A DNA stretch of 63,907 nucleotides, the filler included, from Diploschistes diacapsis (lineage: Eukaryota): NCBI GenBank assembly GCA_023645945.1. It is 21 parts of 21 records of this genome, joined end to end, with 100 filler letters (N's around TTAATTAATTAA, not from the genome) between each part and the next. Parts side by side here need not be neighbours in the genome. Positions count along the whole stretch, not along the records: positions 10,375 to 29,987 come from JALAIB010000365.1; 20 more parts are not named here. One strand, 5' to 3'. The notes beneath the pieces were generated by a model that was not told where the DNA came from, ran no database searches, and worked only from the letters and a program-made list of their open reading frames with translations. The position numbers and the translations under genes are program-made. Each line of letters opens with the position of its first letter. Within the stretch, counting starts at the first letter, position 1. Of this stretch, positions 11,543 to 21,350 are shown in pieces.

Positions 11543-12906
11543 TTAGGTATCGCCCACCCAACTCCCGTCCTTCATCCTTCCCCCGCCCCTTATGGTGCCC
11601 TCCTCCCTCCACGTCTCCACAAGCCCCGCCTTCGGGTCCTCGTCCGGCAACCCCGTCTCCCTCCTCAGCCGCAGCACAGCCTTCCTGACCTCCATCGTGC
11701 ATTCCTCCCTCAGCTGTACCGCTTCCCGGCCATACATCAGTCCTTCGCTTAGCCAGCCCAGCTCCGTCCTGGCCACCGCATCTCCGCGCTTCCTCGCCTC
11801 CCGCTCGTCCCTCTCCACCAGCCCCCTCCACCGCCTCCTCAGACCCTCGAACACGTTCCCTTCCGCCTCCGTCCGTGCGCCCGCCACGTTTTCCCCGAAC
11901 CACACGCCGATATCCTTGCCTGCGCGCGGCAGCGGCCTGAGCCACGCTCGGCTCTCGGGATACACCTTCTCGTACCCTTCCAGCCACATCGGAACTATAT
12001 CCGGGCACGTGTCCGGCTCGAGGATCAGCCTCGATATGCCCCACCGGAAGTAGCGCATCGTGCGCCGTGGATGCTGGTGAATGCGGCCCTCGGGGAAGAC
12101 GTGGATCCAGGCGTATCTGTGACCGGCGTAGGCGGACGGGGAGGGGAACGTGTCGGCGCCGTTGGTGGAATACGTGAGATGCGGAGACGAGAAAGGGTCG
12201 GAGAGGGATGGGGCGGAGGGGGAGATGTCTGGGCCGTCGCTTTCGGCGGGGGTCGTGGGAGACGCGTGGGGTGAAGAGAGGGGCGCGGAAACGAGACGGA
12301 CTGCTTCCGTCATGGTGGGCTGGAAGAGGCCGCCGAGGGGCGAGTGCTTCAAGCGGTGGGTGGGGAGAACCTGGCCGGAGAAGAACCAGGCGGAGGTGAT
12401 CCTGCGCGCGTGAGTTCCGGAAAGAGGGAGAGAGGTGGATTGGGCGCGAACTTGTTTTTGAAGCAGAGATCGTAGCTGCCGAGCGACCAGCGCATGTTGT
12501 TTGGGTCGAACAGGTAGCGGAGGGGAAGTATGCCCCAGACCATGGGATCGTCCATGCTTTTTTTTTACGTATGGTCAGACTTGCCTGCACGGAAGTGCGG
12601 AAAAAGGCTGGGCAACAAGGAACAAACACACACACATGCTGATATGATTCGAAACTATGTACAGAATCAGCGTCGGGGGGGATCTACTCGGGACACCGCT
12701 TTTTCCCTCCAACCTGTAATTAACCCCCTTTCCCTCTCATCCGGGTTGGTCCTCTTTTCCAAGAGCCCCACGAATCCGTCCAGCCCGTGTATCCCGGGCG
12801 TGTTCAAGCCAAACGTAAAGGCCTTGCACAGCGCGCCAACGATGCCGATGTTCGCCGCCGACGCTAGCCGATACGGCAAGCTGTGCCGGCGCGCTTCCGA
12901 AGCCAT
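11543..12906 (-). CDS. TAZ1: Tafazzin (cardiolipin transacylase), 4 exons
   Basis: Spliced RGLITVSNHISIMDDPMVWG (HxxxxD acyltransferase motif), GQVLPTHR, WIHVFPEGRIHQ, MRYFRWGISRLILE. Confidence 0.95.
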
Positions 12907-13739
12907 TCCGGTGAAGGGGGGGAGAGAGTTCGGGGCTTAAGACTAAATCGAGAGCAGATAGACCTGATCTCCCGTTGTTGTTATCGTTGTTGTTGTTGTT
13001 GCGAAAGGCATAGTTGGCTTAGAGGTTGAGCCCTGCCACCACGAGGCCTAGTATCGCCATGGGTTTTTGTTCGGTTCGCGGAAGTAGCGCTGTCTTTGCT
13101 TTCAAGTCATGCGATATTCAATGGTTGGAGCATCTGACAAATAGAGCAAAACCGGTGGGATAAGGAACACCAACGGAAAAGAAAGTGTTTCCCCTTGTAA
13201 ACATAGATATGCCAAGAGTTCGAAGTCCAGCCGCCGTGTCAAGCTGCGATTGGTCAGGAATTCGAGATGCAAAGTCCCCTCTAAGCTTTGGCAGCGGTTT
13301 ATTGTGACCGTTAATTTCGATAGATTACAGAGGCTAAGCCCAGTTGCCTCAACAATACAGAGCTACTTAGATTTGTATGTATATCCCATAGAATTTAAAA
13401 TACCTACATACTTCCAGTCAGAGTAAAACACTATATAATCTTTCAAAATCCTTTATATTCTATATAGAGATTTCTTTCACCCATAAACCTCCCTCGAATA
13501 CTGCTCATATCACGTTGTAGAAACGCTTTAAAATTTAAATATTTGCCTTGCTTGGCTGCTTCAGATACTAAACTACGCCATTACTAATTTCCGCTACATA
13601 TTGTGTGTACACCCGATTTTGCAGAATAACCGGTACCAAGCTTTCCGAGCATCCCGAAGTTTCCTCCCATCTTGACCTCCGATCCTCATCACCTAATGAC
13701 TGCGTCTCTTCCCAACTTTTAGCTGTCATTTGGGAAGTA

Positions 13740-15000
13740 ATGTCACATAGTAGGTACTGTTTCCTCGAATTTTTGTTCATTATTCCAACTTTTATTTTTT
13801 GCCCCTTTCGAATCCGACTAACCATTCTTTTCCACAGGCAAGCGCAACACCTCGCTCGCCTTCTTCACCTCGCACGAACGCTCCCAGCTCAAGAACCAGT
13901 GGGGCTCTCAGACAGCGCGCCTGACTCGAGACTCCTTCCTTCCGCTTGGCTCGTGCCATCTCTGCCTCAACGCTGCGCGCGACCCCGTGGCCTGCCGCGA
14001 CGGCGGGCACATCTTCTGCCGCGAGTGTGCCGTGAGCAATCTGCTGGCGCAGAGGAAGGAGATCAAACGGCTGGAAAAAGAAGACGGGAGACGGAAGGCC
14101 GAGGAGGATGAAGCTGGGAGGGTGCGGGATGAGGAGGAGAGGGAAGGCGTCGTGAGGGGATTCGAGCAGGTGGCGATGGGGATGGAAGCATCGGGTCGCG
14201 AAACCGTTGCGGATAAACGAGACGGGACCCGAGCGGATGAGCCGGGTGGAAGCGTTGGAGGTGTCAAGCGGAAGTTCTCGCTGGACGAGGAAGGGATGTT
14301 GCGGAACGCCAAAGAGGATCGAGCCAAAGTCAGGAGGAAAATGGATGCGGAAAAGGTATGCGAGGTTGATGGGCAGCATCTTGTTCTTCCTAGGTTCTCT
14401 ACACAGCATGCTAATCAGGCGCAGGCCTCAAAGTCCAAAATGCCTTTTTGGATCCCTTCGCAGACACCACAAGCGTCAAACCCCGACTCCCTGAGCGCGC
14501 CGCGCAAGCTCCAGCCCGTCTGCCCTTCTTCTGGGCCAGAGCAGTCACCTCATCCACTGTCTCTAAAGTCTCTGATCCCTGTCACATTCAGCACGTCCAA
14601 GAGCTCGACAGATGCTGCCTCGGGATCCAGTGCAAGCCGGTCTTCCGAAGGGCTCATCTGTCCCTCTTGCAAGAAAGCCCTTTCAGCAAGCTCAAAGGCT
14701 ATGCTGACCGTTCCATGTGGTCATGTCATTTGCAAGTCTTGTGTTGACAAATTCATAAGGCCTGCTCCACAGCCCGACATCCGCGCCGGTCTCTCAATCG
14801 AACAAGATGAGACGTCCCTTGCTTGCTATGTATGTGAGGCAGACCTATCTGGCAAAGCCTCGCAAAGCGGGAAAAAGGTTAAGGGAAACGACAAGGACAG
14901 GCTGAAACCCGGTCTCGTCGAGCTATCAACGCAGGGTACTGGCTTTGCTGGTGGGGGCAAGAGTGTCGTTGGCAAGGAAGGCGTTGTGTTCCAGTGCTAG
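13740..15000 (+). CDS. NOSIP-like RING-finger protein (nitric oxide synthase-interacting protein homologue), 3 exons
   Basis: MSHSKRNTSLAFFTSHER...RLTRDSFLPLGSCHLCL..ARDPVAC..GHIFCREC; second RING CPSC..PCGHVICKSC..CYVC; ends GTGFAGGG...FQC. Introns 13750-13837 and 14356-14424. Confidence 0.92.
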
Positions 15001-16836
15001 CCACCTAACAGATCTGGGCTCTATCAAGCTCTCCGCTACGATTGTGCGTGGGTAATCAAATGGTGGCTATTGCGTGCCTGGGCGGCGTGGATGCAATCCA
15101 CGTGGCCCAGTTTGGGAACGTCCGGAGGGCTTCCGGGTCTGATTGTATCCAGCAATTCAAGGAGCGAACAGCATAAAAATGAACTATTGATTTGGATTCC
15201 CTCTTCTCTTCGCAGAGGCTGAACCCCCTAAGCAAGGAGACTGTCGCGAGTGCTACACGGAAACTCAAAAGTTTTGACTCGGCTGTTCTTATGAAGAGTT
15301 CCCTGAACTCCTAGCGTCCACCCACCCGGCTTCCTCGGCACGAAACGACGACAGAAAAATGCCCCGTGCTCATTCTGCGGACAGGCAAAGCTCGCCGCTC
15401 CAGCACCCGAGCTCGGGCGGCAGCAGGGGGTGTCGGAATAGCTAGGCTAGGTGATGCTGTGTTCGTTCACCCTTTCAGGTCCAATACGCGGTGACGGTTC
15501 TCAGGCGTCTCCGCGTTTAAATGGCTTGTCGACAAGATCAAGCATCTAAGCTTCGACTTGGCTGTGACCGGTAAGGGCTTTGCTGATAATATTATCTGCA
15601 GAATTTCCGTAGATATCTAGAAAAGTTGATAGAAAAGAAACAACCCCTCCTGACTTTGTCGGAAGCAACACCTGGAAGAAAGGCGTTGCGGAGAGCAGCA
15701 GCAGAAACAGGGTTAAAGAAAAAAAAAAGTGCAGCGCGATAAATATTCGGAGAGATAATCAAGGTTGGACCCAAGGGGCAGCGGAGGGTTAGGAGCGGAG
15801 GGCAGCAGGCGCTCGAACCGAAGAGATGGCCAACGGTTGGATGCAGAAGGTGGTACGCAGGCGATAGGTAGATGTGATGGGCATGGGCAATGGATGGTCA
15901 GACAAGAGTAACCCTCCGTTAGAACCTTTGAATACATATTATACTGAATGGCTGGAACCTCACAAGATAGCCATCTTAGCTTCTTCCCACCTTGACTATC
16001 TATGTCAATCACCCTCTCATTTAATGCTCATATTTTTGAGGCATGCTTGTCTCATTTTTTGTTATTACACCCTCTGCCCTCTTTACTCGGCTTCAATGAA
16101 GAGGAGCTAGCCAATCCGATTTCCTAGGGCAATCGATCTTGGTACCATCAATCCTGTAGCCGGTTCCTCTGGTCCTCGCGCCGCGGTCTCCCTCCTGCTA
16201 CAACCATCGCCATCGAGCTTAGGGCTGATCTATGTCAATGTTTATCGTCGCGTCAACAATCTGTAGGTTTGATTTGGTTACCCTTTCTACAGAGCTTCTG
16301 TGGATTTTGCCCTCAAGGTCGCCCGGATCTCCTTCTCGCTCATGTTATGCTAGCTACTCACACGCTGCACATTTCTGAACGCGATGATGGGGTTAGCAGG
16401 CCATGGATCTAGCTTACTGGACATATTCAAAGGAGTGAAGACTTTCCTCATACAATCTCTTCAAAGTTCCTCTCAGAGAGGTTTATTGAAAGGCATGATA
16501 GCGCTCATCCAAGTTCGGCTCGAATAGGCTGCTTGATCAAAGCCAGTTGTGGCAAAGTTCGTGCCTTAAACAGTCCAATTCAAGACTGCACTTATGATAG
16601 CAAGGCGCACAGTTTATTCTCTTTTTATACAAGGCTAGGCTTTTGCTGCCTACTTTCCTACGTGTTCTCGCTCGAGTGGAGCGATGCACACTGCATTAGA
16701 TGGGTGATGGTGCAGCCAAATGCCCCACTGGCCGATATATAAATTTCTGAATTCTCCCACAGGCGTTCACAGGAGAAGTCCAAATGCAAGTATATATTTA
16801 ACTGTCGTTGGTGTCTTTACAACATTTGCTGACAGC

Positions 16837-18828
16837 ATGGATGAAGCAGCCACGCAAATGATCAAGGACACCACGCATGACCTGAAGAAGATTCGGAGCC
16901 AGCTACATCAACCTATATATGCCGAGCTTCTTCGCGCACAACAGCATATCCTCTCCCAAAAACGGTCTCTCGAATATGTCAAAAGGCTAGAATGCCTCGA
17001 TGTCGGAAAGCTTATACGACCAGCCGAAGCGAGCCAAAGACAACCGGAGGCGAAGCATGTCGCAGGACCTCAGTCGGAAAAAATACCAATAAGTAAGAGA
17101 ACCCTGAACGCCATCCAGTTGTGGCAAAGAAAGTACATCGCGGTGTCTCACAGATGGCCGCCCCCTGGCAAGACAGTCGCAGATGGTAAATACCGTATAA
17201 GTGGGCAGCCGAACAAGGTGTGTAATAGTGTGCTTGAGCGGGCTATTAGCTATGCAAAATACCGCAAGTGCTCACTTCTTTGGATTGACCGAGAATGCAT
17301 CCCAGAAAACGACTCCGAGGAAAGGGATTGCGCAATACATTCTATGGACCTTGTATACAGCTTGAGCAAATATCCAATAGCGCTGCTTGTGGTCAGGATC
17401 CAATCTAATAAGGAACTGAGCCTTCTCGCGGATTTTTTGGAAGGCAAATTCGTTGATGATCATAGGAAAAGCCATCAAAATGCCATGATTAAGAGCGCTA
17501 AGGCCCGAGAAGCCTTCGAGCTCCTCGACCGCCTTACTTCTGACGAATGGTGGAGGCGGGGCTGGACTTTCCTAGAAGACTATCGTGCATCTATCAAAAT
17601 GAAAATTTTGATTCCCCATGACCATCATATCTCAGCACTTAAGAGGAGTAGTCGCATGGCATGCCTGTTCGGCAGTCTGGACGGCGAGTTGTGTGTAAAG
17701 TCGACCCGGTTTCGTCGGGAAACAAGTAGGTTTTGTCTCGCGTTCAAGGAAATATGCGATCAGCAGCAGCGACAGAAATGTGAACGAATCTTGCGACGCG
17801 CGGGAAAGTATACGGTCTTACTTCGAAATACGTGCGAAAGGTCTGGCGACTCGATCTACAGACCCATGTCTCCAACCATCTTTGAAGACATCGGGAAACG
17901 CGACATAAGCAAAATCGAGGACTGTCTCGCGATCGCCGCTAATTGTTGTTCCTATCAGGTTCGTCTCAGCACTGAATACCTGCAGAAAATCATACGTTCT
18001 TTGAGCGTCGCCCTTCTAGCACTATACCTTCTCAACGGCGAAATTTTGCTAGACGCCGATCGCAATCAAGCAGAACAGAAGGCCGCACCGTTTTCTTTCG
18101 ACGCTCCTATGATTGAGTCTCTGAAGGGTTGTTCATTGCGTCTATATGAGCCGTCAATGGATAAAGAATTGATCTTCTTGAAGAGCTGCCGCTTCCCTAG
18201 TGTCAAGCTTAGAAAAGACGGGGCTCAAACAACGGGCCATCTTTGGAAAGTGGGAAGAAGTTTCGAGCCAAATTATATGACAGGAAGTTGTCGGAAGGAT
18301 GACCGGCGTCAAGGATTGACATGGCGTGAAAGACGGTATATTCGACAGCTAGCTTCGGAATTGGGTTCGGGAAGTCATGGGCGGCAATACGTTGACCTTG
18401 CTGAGCACCTTCACGTGTATCTGGAAGAAGATGCAATACTGTCGGAAGAAGATAACCTGAGTTTAGCAAAACGTTTCAAGGACTGGATGGCCAGCAAAGT
18501 CGCCAGTGCCATTGACTCTAGCAGGAAGGTTTTATATCTTGCATGCTTGACTGACGGATCCGATCAAGCTTCGTCTTCTTACAGTGGCATCTTTGTCGGC
18601 AACGGCACTGATGTGCAGCCTCCGAGGTACATATTCACGGCCTCGAAACCGGGATGCGGCTTTGGCGACATCGGTAGACATGTCTCGCTGGAGGTGAACA
18701 TTCAAGGCCTTACAGATGAAGGTTATCCGCGGCTGTTTGCAAGAGACTGGATCTATGGTCTGTGTTTCTATACCGGCGCTAAGAAAAATCACATGGTTTT
18801 CCCCTGGCCCAAAGCTCTAACAGTCTGA
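16837..18828 (+). CDS. Heterokaryon incompatibility (HET, PF06985-type) domain protein, intronless; ORF is open from 16720
   Basis: HET blocks YIAVSHRW, LLWIDRECI, AIHSMDLVYS, WWRRGWTFLE, plus DCLAIAANCCSY in the C-terminal part. Confidence 0.88.
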   Translation: MDEAATQMIKDTTHDLKKIRSQLHQPIYAELLRAQQHILSQKRSLEYVKRLECLDVGKLIRPAEASQRQPEAKHVAGPQSEKIPISKRTLNAIQLWQRKYIAVSHRWPPPGKTVADGKYRISGQPNKVCNSVLERAISYAKYRKCSLLWIDRECIPENDSEERDCAIHSMDLVYSLSKYPIALLVVRIQSNKELSLLADFLEGKFVDDHRKSHQNAMIKSAKAREAFELLDRLTSDEWWRRGWTFLEDYRASIKMKILIPHDHHISALKRSSRMACLFGSLDGELCVKSTRFRRETSRFCLAFKEICDQQQRQKCERILRRAGKYTVLLRNTCERSGDSIYRPMSPTIFEDIGKRDISKIEDCLAIAANCCSYQVRLSTEYLQKIIRSLSVALLALYLLNGEILLDADRNQAEQKAAPFSFDAPMIESLKGCSLRLYEPSMDKELIFLKSCRFPSVKLRKDGAQTTGHLWKVGRSFEPNYMTGSCRKDDRRQGLTWRERRYIRQLASELGSGSHGRQYVDLAEHLHVYLEEDAILSEEDNLSLAKRFKDWMASKVASAIDSSRKVLYLACLTDGSDQASSSYSGIFVGNGTDVQPPRYIFTASKPGCGFGDIGRHVSLEVNIQGLTDEGYPRLFARDWIYGLCFYTGAKKNHMVFPWPKALTV

Positions 18829-18917
18829 TAGAAAAATTATTTGTTGCTATATCTATTATGAGAAGGTACAGATATTTTAAGCAGCTACTACCTGAGGAGA
18901 CTTTGACTATAGACGGA

Positions 18918-19630
18918 TGTCTCAGCACACCCATCATGATCAACGATTTCATGCTCTCTTTGACCCGTTCTGCCCGAAGCGTGAAAACATCGTAAGCATA
19001 TGACCTGGACCCCCAATGCATGGCGCAATCTGAAAGAAGATCAACTTCCAATTCTGGGAAAATTTGGACTGTCTCTTCCTGTCATCGACTGAATCGAGCG
19101 TTAGGGATAATGGAATCTCTTCATGACTTGTGCTCGACGGCGCAAGCAGGCGGATTAATTGTCAAAGAACTTGGTGTATTTCTTGACTCTTTGACCCATG
19201 CTCTCGAAGCAACGAGATTAGCCGCTAATGATTTGTTGAGCGCGGATTAGATTCCCACTCCCCAAGGCCTTTCCCCCGAACAGGAAAAAATTACAGCGAA
19301 TCCTCGATACAGGCCACAACTCTTCATTTTAATAGAAACCAAAATTCTGGACTGCGATCCCAAAATCATCCTTGGGCTGGTCATGTGGGGGTTGCCTTTA
19401 ACGACGATGACGACGACGACGATGACGGGTTTGTTTATGCGTCCGTCGACGGTGAGCGTAGCATGGATTTTACTGCTGCTTAGCGTTTTGGATAATATAA
19501 GCAAATGGTTCCTAAATGCGCTTTATCTTGTACTGCTAAGGGGGGGCTGGGCTTCTGGGATGCGAACGACGAGTGTCCTATTCCTATGAAACACAGTACG
19601 CTAAGAGAAATTTCATATGTTAGATGGCTA
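18918..19630 (+). pseudogene. Possible decayed gene of unknown family
   Basis: Coding-like stretches broken by isolated TAG/TAA: ESLHDLCSTAQAGGLIVKELGVFLDSLTHALE..D*IPTP and HPWAGHVGVAFNDDDDDDDDGFVYASVDGERSMDFTAA*RFG*YKQMVPKCALSC..WDANDECPIP. Confidence 0.35.
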
Positions 19631-20079
19631 TTTGGCTCGCTTTCGCTTTTCAGAGCTCCAAAAATAATAACTATTTTTATATTTATGTTATGATTAGCAA
19701 TGAATATGAAGGTATTTACTTACATCGTCACAGGTCTCTAGAATTAAAGGTTTTGAAACTGTTCCTACAGAGATAGTAGGATTCTTCTAAGTTTTAGAGC
19801 AAGGTTAGTTTTATATAATGTGCTGGACTCATTATCGTATGTGGCGTAATATGTGAGTAGAACATCTTCCAAGGTATGGGCATGGCAACGCTAGCGAGCA
19901 GTAGACAAGAGCAGGAAGGGAATATATAGATAAGAGTTTTCATTAAACAATACTGTATAATGCTCAGCCCAGTCCCTGCTCCCATAACATGCTGTAGCAT
20001 CTTCATCAGCGGTCATAGTCGTTCATTCGTTCCGTAAAATGCCTGTAAGCAAGCTTAAGTGATCCTCATAGATCTTTGT

Positions 20080-20620
20080 GACTTCTGCACGGAGCCCCGT
20101 ACGCCAAATGGCCAGAAAGCAAATCCTAGGCAGTTGTTTGCGGAACCTGGTTGACTGCAATAAAGGATGGGTCTTCTGGGGCAAGTCTCTCGTGCCTTTC
20201 GGCAAACTGGTAGTTTCACGAATGCCATAGCAGCTGGACGAGAGTCTGCTGCTATTGCTGCGCAATCGTCGGTGCAGGAAGCTAGAATTGAGCCGATCAG
20301 CAAGCGAGATACCGAACAAAAGAGATTCGACGGCTTACCTTTGGAGACCGCAGTAAGGTATTTGATGATAGCAGTAAAGAGCGATGACCCACGCAGCCTT
20401 ATGCTCGATATAGGAAATTGTCTCTCTCTCTTCTGAATCCTCATCGGATGGGTATTTGTAACCTTCGGGAGGCGATGGAGAAGGGGATTGAGGTGGAGAA
20501 TTGTCAGTAGGGAAAGTACTTGCTGTCTCAAAAAAAAAAAAGGGACAATTAGCAAAGGTTCACGAATGCCATGGTGCTGCTACACAATGTCAGACTTGGA
20601 CGAGATTTTTCATCTGTGAG
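20080..20620 (+). pseudogene. Possible remnant of a TPR-repeat (CHAT-associated type) gene
   Basis: RAFRQTGSFTNAIAAGRESAA and LETAVRYLMIAVKSDDPRSLMLDIGNCL, then after a frameshift in a (CT)n run MGICNLREAMEKG. Loosely resembles the LxxAI...DxPxR..L.NLG..L repeat. Confidence 0.3.
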
Positions 20621-21350
20621 TTCATGGGCCTTCTCAACGTAAATGGTGGAAAGGTCAAGTAGGAAGTAAAGCAGGCGCCAAGACCTAGTACAAGGTGTTT
20701 CACCACTAGCGCGACAGTTGACAGCTGAGTGAGACCTGATCCCATTTATTCCATTTAGTTAGTTCATGTTGCTATTATTGCCGCCGTTTTTCCCTCTGCT
20801 TTAGCTTTAATAGTCTCTCGTTTAACGATGATATAATATTCGTTAACGAATACTCAATCCTTTACGCGATCACGGGTTTTAGAAAAAGTATAAAAAGGAT
20901 ATTACAAAAGATTTAAAAAACGGAAAGGCTTATCGCGATGGCGTAAATATCTTTACAGGTGATGATGGAAATAGAATATATAAACTACCATGGGAGGTAG
21001 ATATGAGCTAGACAACTCAATAGACACATTATATATAGAGAATGGACAGAACAGGTTATGCTTTCGAGATAAAACGGTAAGGCTACGTCTGTTTCTAAAA
21101 GAATTCATTCCTTGGATGTGATGACTAAGCGCTTTTGGCTCCTCCAGGCACAAAAAGCGCCCGTCTGGTTCAGGTTTCTAAACCCCATCTGTGCATTGTG
21201 TATGTCAGTAGTGACGTTTTGAGATGGGTTTGCTGTCTAATATACAACTTGCTTCGCCTATTCTCCCTGATATCTTCTTGTACCCTGAAAGCTCTGCCCT
21301 ATTCGTTAGGAGTGAAAGAAATGTAGAGCAGACGCGTTAAGCACCTCCTC

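Noticed and set aside
11304..11546. 80-aa ORF converging on the TAZ1 stop codon
   Set aside because: No motif or convincing exon structure, and it lies in the probable TAZ1 3' UTR.
11403..12635. 410-aa minus-strand ORF overlapping TAZ1, plus long shadow ORFs at 43190-43876 and 48802-49716
   Set aside because: Alternative-frame or antisense read-through caused by high GC3; Arg/Pro/Ser-rich low-complexity products.
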